64,000 bases of DNA from an uncultured Gammaproteobacteria bacterium (GCA_964362195.1 CAYICZ010000002.1:63-64062); one strand, 5' to 3'; shown: positions 50,752 to 60,282, numbered from the stretch's first letter. Notes: a model not told the origin generated them from the sequence alone. Numbers and translations: made by a program.

Positions 50752-52612
50752 AAAAGAAGCGGGACAAATTTTAATAATAGTATTTGTGGCTTTGGGAGTG
50801 GTTTTATTTACTGTTTTATCAGTAGTTGCAGGAGCACAAATCTATTTTTCAAATGCCTCTTATACGGTAAATGCAGAAAAAGCAACTGCCTTGGCCGAAG
50901 CAGGAGTTGATAAGGCTATAAACTCTCTAAATAAAAATCCATCCGGTTATACAGGAGAAGGTCTGGGAACAGAGGGGGTGGCAATAGGTAATGCCGGGGA
51001 CGGTGAATATTCTGTCAAAATTACCTCAAAAGATGTATCCACAAAACTTATTGAAGCAACCGGGTTTATTCCCAACAAGACATCAGCCAAAGTTAAAAGA
51101 ACTGTTAAAATAAGTTTATCAAGGGGTGTTGGTGTTGCATTTAACTATGGAATACAGGTAGGAGACGGAGGTATGGAGCTGGGAAATGGTAATTTAATAA
51201 AAGGTTCAGTATATTCTAATGGAAGTATTATTGCCGGTAATAGCAACATTATAACCGGTTCAGCTTTTGTTGCAGGAGGCGCACAGGCAACTGCTGATCA
51301 GCAAACAGAGTGTGAAGGTTCAAACTGTACAGATTATATCTTCGGAAAGATTGTTAATGGTGAGAGTAGGCTGAATATTGCTCAAAGTTTTCAGCCTACC
51401 ATAAACGAAGTATTAAACAGGGTTTCGCTAAGAATTAAAAAGATCGGTGGTCCTACTAATCCTGTGACAGTTAGGATTTTAAGCGATTCTTCCGGTAAAC
51501 CAAATAAAAATGGAGTTTTAACATCAGGAGATTTAGATATCAATTTGGTAACAGATGAATATGGGTGGATAGATGTGGCTTTTTCTTCTTTACCTGTCTT
51601 AACCGCAAACACTACTTATTGGTTAATGATTTCTACAACAGCAGAGTCAAATGTCAGTAAATACTGGGTTTGGCAAAATGTTACATTTCCCAGCTATATT
51701 TGTGGGAATCCGGATCAATGTGTACCAAAATGGTCTGCAGACTGGAAAATAGGAAATCCTACCTGGACTGCAATTCCCGGAGATTTGTCCTTTAAAACAT
51801 ATATGGGCGGAGCCCCAACAGTTTTAAGAGGAGGTAATAATGATAAATCAAGTGTTAATGGTTCGGTCTATGCAAATACTATTGAAAACCTGATCATAGG
51901 AGGTGATGCTTATTATCAGACAATTACCAACAGTACTGTGGGCGGAGTATCTCATCCAAATGAGGCAGATCAACCCCCCAAAGTATTCCCTATTTCTGAT
52001 GCAAATGTGGCTGATTGGAAGAAACAAGCCGGTGATTGTGATTCATCACTAAATAATTGTCAAAATGTATTATCAGGTAATATTACCGATTGTGTAACTA
52101 CTTTAGGCTCAAGTAATCCTGCTAAACCTGGTGTAAAAATAGATGGCAGTATTAATTTTAATAGTGGCTGTAGGGTAGTAGTTAAAAGTCCTATTTGGAT
52201 TACAGGTGATCTTACCCTAAACAGTAATAATATTTTGACTCTTGATTCATCATATAACGAAACATCAGGAGTAATTATTGTAGAAGGAAAAGTTTCACTA
52301 AATACTAATAATCATTTTAATGGCACTGGTCAGGGAAGCAGTTTACTGATGGTTTTGACAGAGTATGATTCCAGGACTAATGGGGAAGATGCAATAGCTG
52401 TTAACAGTAATGGAAATTCCGGAGTATATTATGCCTCAACAGGGATTATTAACCCGGGTACTGGAAATTCTTTTAAGGAGCTGACTGCCTGGAAAATAAA
52501 ACTTATCAATCAATCTACAATTGATTATGAAACAGGTTTGTCAAGTACTCTTTTCCAATCAGGGCCTTCAGGTGCATATTCTTTGATAAAAGGAACATAC
52601 CAGGTAAAGTGA
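50744..52612 (+). CDS. large pilus-associated protein with PilX-N-like start (candidate tip adhesin)
   Basis: N-terminal TM plus ALAEAGVDKAINSL (PilX-N-like); 622 aa, Gly/Asn/Ser-rich beta-like repeats. Confidence 0.45.
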   Translation: MIRKEAGQILIIVFVALGVVLFTVLSVVAGAQIYFSNASYTVNAEKATALAEAGVDKAINSLNKNPSGYTGEGLGTEGVAIGNAGDGEYSVKITSKDVSTKLIEATGFIPNKTSAKVKRTVKISLSRGVGVAFNYGIQVGDGGMELGNGNLIKGSVYSNGSIIAGNSNIITGSAFVAGGAQATADQQTECEGSNCTDYIFGKIVNGESRLNIAQSFQPTINEVLNRVSLRIKKIGGPTNPVTVRILSDSSGKPNKNGVLTSGDLDINLVTDEYGWIDVAFSSLPVLTANTTYWLMISTTAESNVSKYWVWQNVTFPSYICGNPDQCVPKWSADWKIGNPTWTAIPGDLSFKTYMGGAPTVLRGGNNDKSSVNGSVYANTIENLIIGGDAYYQTITNSTVGGVSHPNEADQPPKVFPISDANVADWKKQAGDCDSSLNNCQNVLSGNITDCVTTLGSSNPAKPGVKIDGSINFNSGCRVVVKSPIWITGDLTLNSNNILTLDSSYNETSGVIIVEGKVSLNTNNHFNGTGQGSSLLMVLTEYDSRTNGEDAIAVNSNGNSGVYYASTGIINPGTGNSFKELTAWKIKLINQSTIDYETGLSSTLFQSGPSGAYSLIKGTYQVK

Positions 52613-52625
52613 TATACTAAAGTTA

Positions 52626-53663
52626 ATGCCCAAAATATCCGTTGGTTTAGATATTGGTTTTTCTTCAATAAAGGTTGTATCTTTAGCAAAAGATAATGAC
52701 CAGTTTAGATTGGTTTCGCTGGGATCAATTAATTGTCCGCAACCGGGTATGCTCTCTGATTCTGAAGCAGGACTGCAAGCTGTGGCAGATGCTATTAAAA
52801 AGCTGCTGTCTGCCACAAATATTGAGGAAAAAGAGGTTATTGTGGCCTTGCCGGAATCAAAGGTTTTTACCAGGGTTATAGATGACCTGCCATACCTGAC
52901 AGACAATGAGCTATCTCAGGCTATCCGCTATGCAGCTGAGGAGTTTATTCCAATGCCTATTGCCGATGTTAACTTAAACTGGCAGGTTTTATTTAGGGCT
53001 GATGGTAAAAACAAAAATACCAGGACTATTGTTTTAGTTGTGGCTTCTCCTAAAAATATTGTGGCAAAATATATTAAAGTTTTAAATTTAGTAGGACTGC
53101 ATCCTAAGGTGTTGGAAACAGAAACAATTGCTGTTACAAGGTCCCTGGTTGGCAATAATCCTTTTTCTCCTTCTACCTTGATTGTACAACTGGGAGCTAC
53201 AACCACTGACTTTGCAGCAGTATCTAAGGGCTTAATATGGCTTACCAGGTCTATTTCCACAGGAGGTACAGCCCTAACCCGTTCTCTTGCCCAGCATTTT
53301 AATTTTGAGTTGGCTCAAGCTGAGGAGTATAAAAAAGTTTATGGACTTATGGAAGATCAATTGGAGGGAAAAGTATATGAAGCCCTAAAGCCGGTGGTAG
53401 ATATCATTTCAGGGGAAGGTAAAAGAGTGGTTCAGTCTTTTGAAACCAAATATCCGCAGGATCCTATTAAAAGAGTAGTTTTATCCGGAGGAGGAGCAAA
53501 AATGCCGGGATTTGTTGTTTATTTGGCAAATACATTTGGATTAGAAGTTCAGGAGGCTGATCCCTGGTATGCTATTGCCAAAGATAAGGCATCTGTTTCC
53601 AAGCTTGCCCAAAATGCTCCTTCTTACTCTGTTGCTGCTGGACTTGCTTTAAGGGAGGATTAA
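52626..53663 (+). CDS. pilM: type IV pilus assembly protein PilM (actin-like ATPase)
   Basis: VGLDIGFSSIKVV N-terminus and actin-fold blocks; precedes pilN/pilO. Confidence 0.85.
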   Translation: MPKISVGLDIGFSSIKVVSLAKDNDQFRLVSLGSINCPQPGMLSDSEAGLQAVADAIKKLLSATNIEEKEVIVALPESKVFTRVIDDLPYLTDNELSQAIRYAAEEFIPMPIADVNLNWQVLFRADGKNKNTRTIVLVVASPKNIVAKYIKVLNLVGLHPKVLETETIAVTRSLVGNNPFSPSTLIVQLGATTTDFAAVSKGLIWLTRSISTGGTALTRSLAQHFNFELAQAEEYKKVYGLMEDQLEGKVYEALKPVVDIISGEGKRVVQSFETKYPQDPIKRVVLSGGGAKMPGFVVYLANTFGLEVQEADPWYAIAKDKASVSKLAQNAPSYSVAAGLALRED

Positions 53664-53664
53664 T

Positions 53665-54207
53665 ATGAAGATTGCAATTAATTTACTGCCAATTGAATTT
53701 ACTCAAGCAGAGGTTAAAAGAGCCAAGTTTATAAAAATACAGACAATTGGGGTTTTAGTTATTCTAGTGATGGTATTTCTCTCGTCTTTGTCTGTTGCCC
53801 TGAGAATTTTGCAGAGCCAGAGTATTAAAAGCGTACAAATTCAAGTTTCTGCGACTGAACAAAAGATTTCAGATTTAAAAGACAAGCAGGTTTCACTTTT
53901 ACTTATCAAAAACAGGCTGGCAGTTATTAATCAATATTTAGGCAATTCCTCAAAACAGGTAGCAATGCTTATTCTTTTGGATAAATTGCTACCTTCTTCT
54001 ATTTCTATAAACTCAACAGTAGTTGATATAAATGGTGAGATTTCAATTCTGGCATTAATCCCGGATTCTCAAGCGTTGGATAATATGATTAACAATTTAA
54101 CAGATAACACCCAAAATGAAGGTAAAATTAGCCAGGTTTCGCTAGATAGTCTAAGCCGCGGGAAAGATGGAGTTTATAGAGTAAGTTTGAAAATTAAACC
54201 AAGCTAA
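53665..54207 (+). CDS. pilN: PilN-like protein
   Basis: NLLP motif (INLLPIEF), single TM, coiled coil; position after pilM. Confidence 0.6.
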   Translation: MKIAINLLPIEFTQAEVKRAKFIKIQTIGVLVILVMVFLSSLSVALRILQSQSIKSVQIQVSATEQKISDLKDKQVSLLLIKNRLAVINQYLGNSSKQVAMLILLDKLLPSSISINSTVVDINGEISILALIPDSQALDNMINNLTDNTQNEGKISQVSLDSLSRGKDGVYRVSLKIKPS

Positions 54208-54210
54208 CTT

Positions 54211-54909
54211 ATGAAAAAAGAAACAGTAATAAAATTCTATTTAACTTATAGATTATATTTATTCCCTGTAGCTATAGCCATATCAAGTTTAATCTTAATT
54301 TTTCTAATAATTATTCCACAGCTTGGAAAGCTGATTTCCAACCAAAAAGCCGAAAAGGCATTAGTAAATAATCTCAAGTTCCTGGAAGTTAAAGCTCAAA
54401 CGCTGGATAGCTATGATAGTAATGATTTATCCAACAAAGTAAGTTACGTCTTGGCTTCTTTCCCTCAGGATAAGGACTTTGGTAATGTAATAGGTTTAAT
54501 CCAAAATCTTACAATCCAATCAGGCTTCAGTCTTACCACTATGACCATAAGCACTGCAACAAATAAGACAGCCAATGCACAAAGCTATAGTATAGAGCTG
54601 GAGGTAGTTGGACCCAAAAACTTAATCAGTATTCTTCTTTCCAATATAGAGAGATCAACCAGATTGATGAGAGTCGGGAGTATTGAAATTAGAAACACAA
54701 TCAGTCAACAGACAGTTAATATTTCTTTGAGTCTGGATGTATTGTTTGCGCCAACACCTGCTAGTTTTGGGAGTATTGACTCAACCTTACCGGATTTATC
54801 TCAAAAAGATCAGGAATTACTTACTACTCTGGCAAAGAATTTTACACCGGTATTCACATCCGAAAATGTTTCTCTGCCTTCTCGTGGTAAGGCTAATCCG
54901 TTTGAATGA
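54211..54909 (+). CDS. pilO: PilO-like protein
   Basis: single TM plus coiled coil; position after pilN. Confidence 0.5.
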   Translation: MKKETVIKFYLTYRLYLFPVAIAISSLILIFLIIIPQLGKLISNQKAEKALVNNLKFLEVKAQTLDSYDSNDLSNKVSYVLASFPQDKDFGNVIGLIQNLTIQSGFSLTTMTISTATNKTANAQSYSIELEVVGPKNLISILLSNIERSTRLMRVGSIEIRNTISQQTVNISLSLDVLFAPTPASFGSIDSTLPDLSQKDQELLTTLAKNFTPVFTSENVSLPSRGKANPFE

Positions 54910-55555
54910 TTTCCGGCCTGACTTTTTTAGTTTTTTTAATTGACTCCTCTTTTCGCCATTTATCGATTTCTCCGTGGTTACCGGAAAGTAAAATTTTGGG
55001 AACTTTTAAGCCCTTCCAAACTTCTGGTCTGGTGTATTGAGGATATTCCAAAAGTCCATCTGAAAAAGATTCATTCTCAATTGCTTCTGGTTTTTTTAAG
55101 ACTTTGGGGAGAAGTCTGACAATAGAATCAGAAATTATCATAGCCGGGATTTCTCCCCCTGTTAAAACATAATCTCCGATTGAAATTTCCTCGTCCACGC
55201 ACTTTTCTATAAATCTTTGGTCAACCCCTTCATAATGGCCGCAGACTATAACCAGATGGTTAAATTTAGATAACCTCTTTGCATCTTGTTGTTTATATGG
55301 TTTTCCTGATGCTGAGGTTAAAATTACATGACCTTTTTTTGGTAATGCTTTAGATAAAATATCAGCGCGAAAAAGCATGCCTGCTCCACCACCATAAGGC
55401 TTGGCATCAACAACTTGATGTTTGCCTTCTCCAAAATCCCTTAAATTAATAAATTCAAATTCAACTTTTCCTTTTTTTTGTGCTCTTTTTAAAATTGAGG
55501 AATTCAGAACTTTGTCAAAAACTTCCGGAAAAAGTGTAATGATGGAAATTTTCAC
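54893..55555 (-). CDS. trmD: tRNA (guanine37-N1)-methyltransferase
   Basis: MKISIITLFPEVF...PYGGGAGMLF SPOUT-knot motifs. Confidence 0.9.
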   Translation of the reverse strand: MKISIITLFPEVFDKVLNSSILKRAQKKGKVEFEFINLRDFGEGKHQVVDAKPYGGGAGMLFRADILSKALPKKGHVILTSASGKPYKQQDAKRLSKFNHLVIVCGHYEGVDQRFIEKCVDEEISIGDYVLTGGEIPAMIISDSIVRLLPKVLKKPEAIENESFSDGLLEYPQYTRPEVWKGLKVPKILLSGNHGEIDKWRKEESIKKTKKVRPEIIQTD

Positions 55556-55812
55556 TCTTTTGGTTTATCAGTACTTCCTTGTGGATCATTTAGCTGCAAA
55601 TTTACTCTGACTCCTTCTGCAAGAGCCCTGACTGTAAGTAATTTTCTTATTGACCTTATGGTTTGTCCGCCTTTACCAATAATTAAACCCATATCTTCCG
55701 GGTCAACAGTTAAGATGTAGGTAATATCAGTTCCGTTTACCTGCTCGTCTATTAAGACTTTTTCCGGTTTGGTAACTAAACTGGTAACAATATAATTAAG
55801 AAGGTCTTTCAT
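55552..55812 (-). CDS. KH-domain RNA-binding protein (YlqC/UPF0109-like)
   Basis: GxxG KH loop IGKGGQTIRSIR; rpsP-KH-trmD synteny. Confidence 0.8.
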   Translation of the reverse strand: MKDLLNYIVTSLVTKPEKVLIDEQVNGTDITYILTVDPEDMGLIIGKGGQTIRSIRKLLTVRALAEGVRVNLQLNDPQGSTDKPKE

Positions 55813-56167
55813 CTTTTAATTCCTCTTCTTTTGGAGCTTCCTCTGCTGGCTTTTCTTCTGCCAGTTGTTCAACAGCTGGGGTTTCAGCAGGTTTTTCTTC
55901 TTTCTTCTCCTTCTTCGGCTTGCGTGGTGGTCTTTGTGGAGCTTTGCCAATAATTCTTAAAAACCCATCACTCATTTGGGCTCCCTGTTTTACCCAGTGA
56001 TCAATTCTATCTTGTTTTAATTTAATATCTTTTGGTTCAGTTAACGGATTATAAGTTCCCAAGAGTTCAATATATCCACCTGTTCTTTTGGCTCGCTCAT
56101 CCACAGCCACCACCCTATAAAAAGGCCTCTGTCTTCCACCAATTCTCATTAATCTAATTTTTAACAT
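55796..56167 (-). CDS. rpsP: 30S ribosomal protein S16 with Lys/Glu-rich C-terminal extension
   Basis: MLKIRLMRIGGRQRPFYRVVAVDERAKRTG...GTYNP. Confidence 0.9.
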   Translation of the reverse strand: MLKIRLMRIGGRQRPFYRVVAVDERAKRTGGYIELLGTYNPLTEPKDIKLKQDRIDHWVKQGAQMSDGFLRIIGKAPQRPPRKPKKEKKEEKPAETPAVEQLAEEKPAEEAPKEEELKDERPS

Positions 56168-56226
56168 GGGGTTAAGTATAGCTGAAAGCTAGTTAAGCGT
56201 CAACGACTGTCTTAGGAATTATTTTG

Positions 56227-56562
56227 CTATTTTTTAACCACTCTCATGCCTAGTTTTTTGGCAAGATCTTTATAAAAACCTTGCAGGTCTTTTAAGTTTA
56301 GAGGAACTAACATTTTTGGCATGTAATTAAATTTTTCAACTTTTAAAAAATCAGATGCTAACCATACAAAATCCAATTCCATCCTAAATTTTTCTTTTAC
56401 TCCGCATAATAAATCCCAGAAAGTAAATTCTTTTAATAAAAAATAAAGATCAACAAAATCCTTAATTCTAAGCTTTACGTTTTTGGAGAATTCATCAAAA
56501 ATTATGCGTTGAATAGGAGTAAAAGTTAATTCAGAGATATCTTTCTTGTTTATTTTCCCCAT
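56227..56562 (-). CDS. hypothetical protein (possibly the C-terminal part of a frameshifted gene with 56550..56759)
   Basis: two adjacent ORFs on one strand in different frames overlapping by 13 nt. Confidence 0.3.
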   Translation of the reverse strand: MGKINKKDISELTFTPIQRIIFDEFSKNVKLRIKDFVDLYFLLKEFTFWDLLCGVKEKFRMELDFVWLASDFLKVEKFNYMPKMLVPLNLKDLQGFYKDLAKKLGMRVVKK

Positions 56563-56759
56563 ATTAAAAACTTAAACAATCTTTTTCTGTCCGGATCAAG
56601 TTGAAGTTTTTTCCAATTTTTCTTCACCTCTGAAAGCTTAATCTTATCCTTGTCGGATAGAAACATACCGTAGTTAATTTGTCTTTCTAAAATTAGAAGT
56701 TTCCCTGACTCAGTCTTTCTTAACTTATTGATATCGTAATCCCAAATGTGATAACCCAT
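56550..56759 (-). CDS. hypothetical protein (possibly the N-terminal part of a frameshifted gene)
   Basis: 69 aa; see previous entry. Confidence 0.3.
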   Translation of the reverse strand: MGYHIWDYDINKLRKTESGKLLILERQINYGMFLSDKDKIKLSEVKKNWKKLQLDPDRKRLFKFLIWGK

Positions 56760-56779
56760 ATATATTATTTTAACACAAA

Positions 56780-57469
56780 TTACTTTGCTAATTTTTCTAA
56801 TGCTTCTTTTGCTGCTTTTTCTTCCGCTACTTGTTTGGAGGCTCCGGATCCGATGCCATATTCTTTTCCGCTTACATAAACCGCTACCTGAAACTTCTTG
56901 GCATGATCAGGTCCGGTGGTTGCGACTATTTTATAATGCGGGGACTGCTTAAAACGATCCTGCACAATTTCCTGCAAAGACGACTTGGCATCTTTTGGCG
57001 GGCCTAATTTTAATTCTTTTTCAAAAAGGGAAAAAAGAGTTTTTTCTATAATATTTCTGACTGCTTCCAGGCCCTGGTCTAAAAATATTGCTCCCAAAAG
57101 CGCTTCATAAGTATTAGCCAGAAGCTGGGGGTTTTCCCTGCCTCCTCCCATTTCTTCACCTTTTGATAATTTTAAGTATTTCCCTAAATTAAGTTTTTTG
57201 GAAGCCTCTGAAAGTGATTTGGTTTTAACAATATAGGCTCTTAAATTGGTCAGATCCCCTTCAGCATCTCCTTTTCTTAAGTTAAAAAGTGTTTCAGAAG
57301 TGATTAAAGACAAGACAGAATCACCTAAAAATTCCAGTCTTTCATTTGAAACTAATTCTCCTTTGAACTCATTAAGATAAGAGCGGTGATAAAAAGCCTG
57401 CTCTAATAATTCAGGTCTATTAAATTTAATCCCCAGAGATTTTTGAAGTTCACTTAATCCGCTTTGCAT
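56780..57469 (-). CDS. rnc: ribonuclease III
   Basis: ERLEFLGDSVL signature plus C-terminal dsRBD. Confidence 0.9.
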   Translation of the reverse strand: MQSGLSELQKSLGIKFNRPELLEQAFYHRSYLNEFKGELVSNERLEFLGDSVLSLITSETLFNLRKGDAEGDLTNLRAYIVKTKSLSEASKKLNLGKYLKLSKGEEMGGGRENPQLLANTYEALLGAIFLDQGLEAVRNIIEKTLFSLFEKELKLGPPKDAKSSLQEIVQDRFKQSPHYKIVATTGPDHAKKFQVAVYVSGKEYGIGSGASKQVAEEKAAKEALEKLAK

Positions 57470-57471
57470 TT

Positions 57472-57708
57472 TTAGTCCAGTAAATTATCTTCGACCAAGC
57501 TCACCAGGTCATCGATTTTTTTTAAACTCTCAACATCTTCACTCTCAAACGACACCTGAAACTTTTGAGATAAGTGCGAGAGTAAATCATTAAGTTCTAT
57601 CGGACCCAAGCCTAACTCATCTTTTAAATCAGCATGTCTATCCAAGTCTTCCGGATTTAGATTTAAATGTTCTGCTATAGCTTGAACAATGTCATTTGTT
57701 GTTGGCAT
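57472..57708 (-). CDS. acyl-carrier-protein homolog lacking the phosphopantetheine-attachment serine
   Basis: aligns with ACP over its full length (4-helix pattern; acp-rnc synteny as in Bacillus), but DLGADSLD is replaced by ELGLGPIE. Confidence 0.65.
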   Translation of the reverse strand: MPTTNDIVQAIAEHLNLNPEDLDRHADLKDELGLGPIELNDLLSHLSQKFQVSFESEDVESLKKIDDLVSLVEDNLLD

Positions 57709-58066
57709 TTGTTTTAATTCCTTTCAACTGGACAACTTTACCTAAAACTCCGTTGATAAAACCTGACGAAGAATCAGCTCCAAACTCTTTACCAAGTTCC
57801 ACTGCCTCATCAATTACAACTTTAGGCGGCTCTTTATTTATTATTAACTCAAAAATTGCTAAACGCAAGATAGCTAAATCAATTTTATTAATTTGAGAGG
57901 TGGGTCTATCCGGTGCAGACTGCCTGATTAGCTCATCAATTTCATCCAGACGGTTTACAACTTCTGAAATTTTTACAGGAGCTTTGCCTTTTTGAAACTG
58001 CCAGGTAAAAAGGAATCTCATTAAATCTATACGCTTTATGTGTCTTGGGTCAGATTTTAGCTTCAT
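57692..58066 (-). CDS. nusB: transcription antitermination factor NusB
   Basis: NusB-like helical protein (RIDLMRFLFTWQF...IDLAILRLAIFELI...ELGKEFG). Confidence 0.75.
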   Translation of the reverse strand: MKLKSDPRHIKRIDLMRFLFTWQFQKGKAPVKISEVVNRLDEIDELIRQSAPDRPTSQINKIDLAILRLAIFELIINKEPPKVVIDEAVELGKEFGADSSSGFINGVLGKVVQLKGIKTNANNK

Positions 58067-58074
58067 GGAGTTTA

Positions 58075-58242
58075 AGCTTTAGTGACCTTTGTGCCGAAGA
58101 AACCACACTCTTTACAGACAGTGTGGGACTGGGTTAGCCTGCCGCAGTTTTTACAAGTAACTGAATTTACAGCCAAATTAATGGATGCTCTTCTGGTTCG
58201 CTTGCGTGTTTTACTATGTCTTCTTTTTGGTTCAGCTGCCAT
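58075..58242 (-). CDS. rpmF: 50S ribosomal protein L32 (missed by the ORF track because it is shorter than 60 aa)
   Basis: hand translation of the minus strand gives MAAEPKRRHSKTRKRTRRASINLAVNSVTCKNCGRLTQSHTVCKECGFF...; L32 KRR.SK.R...RR signature and C4 zinc ribbon. Confidence 0.8.
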
Positions 58243-58251
58243 TTTTTATCC

Positions 58252-60282
58252 TTAATCCGGCATCACATTTGGTGCCAGACTTTGTAATTTTCCCGCAACT
58301 GTTGGGTATTTGTCAAGGGTAGGATTATCTTGTAGTAATTTTTTGGCAGCATTTCTGGTTTTTTCAACCAGATCCAGATCTGAAAAAGAGGCTATTTTAA
58401 ATTCAAATCTGCCTGATTGTCTGATCCCGAAGATTTCTCCACTGCCTCTGATTTTTAAATCAAGCTCAGCTAATTTTAATCCGTCATCAATTTTTTCCAG
58501 GTTTTTAAGTCTGGAGATATTATCTTTATTTGGAATCTCGCTAAAAAGCAGACAATATGATTGCTTTTTTCCTCTGCCTATTCTTCCTCTTAACTGATGA
58601 AGTTGTGCCAGTCCAAATCGCTCAGCTGACTCAATAACCATGATAGTGGCATTTGGAATATCTACTCCTACTTCAACTACAGATGTTGAAACCAGAATAT
58701 CTAACTTCCCCTTCTTGAATTTATTCATGATTGCTTCCTTCTCAGCGGATTTTAATCTGCCGTGCATTAATCCTAATTTTAACTTGGGAAAAATTTGCTT
58801 TTGCAGTCTTTCATACTCGATAGTTGCTGCTTTGGCAGATTGCATTGTTTCAGACTCCTCAATCAAAGGGGTAATTATGTAAGCCTGATCTCCTGCTTTA
58901 ACTTGTTTTTCTATAAATCCATAAGCAGCAGCTCTTTTCTTTTGCGGAACAACATGAGTTTTAATTTTCTGCCTGCCTTCTGGCAGCTCATTAATGATTG
59001 ATAAATCCAAATCACTATACAAAGTTAGAGCCACAGTTCTGGGGATGGGAGTTGCAGTCATAGTTAAAAAGTGCGGCAGTTTTCCTCTTCCGCGAAGGAG
59101 GGTTCTTTGTGCTACTCCAAATCTTTGTTGCTCGTCTATGATAATCAGTCCCACGTTATCCGTATTTAGCTTTTCCGAAAGCAAGGCATGAGTGCCGATG
59201 GTGACATCATCATTGGCAACTTTTTTCCTGCTGCCGGTATAAATTCCCACCTTGATTCCAAAAGGTGTCAGGAGTTTAGAGATAGTCTCATAGTGTTGGA
59301 AAGCCAGAATTTCTGTAGGAGCCATCAGCAGAGTCCGGAAGTTGTTTTTGTAAACCAGATATGCAGCTGCAGTGGCCACCACTGTTTTTCCTGAACCCAC
59401 TTCTCCCTGGACTAATCTGTTCATTGGATGTTTTCCTTCCAGATCGGAAATTATTTCTTTTAAAACCCTATTTTGGGCATTGGTTAATTCAAATGGCAAC
59501 TTACTAATAAATTTATCCAGATCCTGATTGTTAAATCGCAAAAGATGCAAAAGTGGCTTTTTCTCCCACTCCAGCCTGGTTTTTTGAGTGGCAAGCGAGA
59601 CATAAAAAAGTTCCTCAAACCCGAGGCGCGCTCTTGCTAAATCAGCCTCTTTCCAGCTAGATGGAAAGTGTATTTTTTCTAATGCCTCCGGCAGTTTTAA
59701 CATATTTTCCCTTATTGAATCCGGAAGAGTATCCTTAATTTCTGCTAAAACCTGCGGCATGATTTGTGAAACCTTTATTCGAATCCACTTAGAAGTTAAT
59801 CCTTCTGTTTCAGGATAAACCGGAACCAAACGGCCGGTGTGTATAGGGTTTGGGGTATAGGGTTTGGGGTATAGTTGATCAGTAATTTTTTCCCAGCGGG
59901 GCATAATAATAGAAAGTTTATTTCTGTATTTTGTTAATTTCCCTGAAACCTGTAGCCTGTCACCTGTTTTAATTTGTTTTGTCAGCCAGGATTGGTGAAA
60001 CCAAGTTAACTCAATAGGTGATGTACCGTCGTTAAAAATAGCCTGAGTTATAACTTTTCTGGCTCTGGTAAAAATATTTTTAATTGACCAAATCTCACCC
60101 TGCAAGGTAACGACCTGGCCAATTTGAGCATCTTTTATGGTTGTGCTCTGAGAAAAATCATCATATCTAAATGGAAAATGATAAATTAAATCCTCCACAG
60201 TATTTAAATTAAGTCTTGAGAGTTTATATAAAAGCCCGGGTCCAATTCCGGTTAAATTAGATAGCGGAGTTTGTAAATCCAT
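58252..60282 (-). CDS. recG: ATP-dependent DNA helicase RecG
   Basis: wedge/OB N-domain, Walker A GEVGSGKTVVA, DEQQRFGV (DExH) and the TRG-like C-terminal region. Confidence 0.9.
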   Translation of the reverse strand: MDLQTPLSNLTGIGPGLLYKLSRLNLNTVEDLIYHFPFRYDDFSQSTTIKDAQIGQVVTLQGEIWSIKNIFTRARKVITQAIFNDGTSPIELTWFHQSWLTKQIKTGDRLQVSGKLTKYRNKLSIIMPRWEKITDQLYPKPYTPNPIHTGRLVPVYPETEGLTSKWIRIKVSQIMPQVLAEIKDTLPDSIRENMLKLPEALEKIHFPSSWKEADLARARLGFEELFYVSLATQKTRLEWEKKPLLHLLRFNNQDLDKFISKLPFELTNAQNRVLKEIISDLEGKHPMNRLVQGEVGSGKTVVATAAAYLVYKNNFRTLLMAPTEILAFQHYETISKLLTPFGIKVGIYTGSRKKVANDDVTIGTHALLSEKLNTDNVGLIIIDEQQRFGVAQRTLLRGRGKLPHFLTMTATPIPRTVALTLYSDLDLSIINELPEGRQKIKTHVVPQKKRAAAYGFIEKQVKAGDQAYIITPLIEESETMQSAKAATIEYERLQKQIFPKLKLGLMHGRLKSAEKEAIMNKFKKGKLDILVSTSVVEVGVDIPNATIMVIESAERFGLAQLHQLRGRIGRGKKQSYCLLFSEIPNKDNISRLKNLEKIDDGLKLAELDLKIRGSGEIFGIRQSGRFEFKIASFSDLDLVEKTRNAAKKLLQDNPTLDKYPTVAGKLQSLAPNVMPD

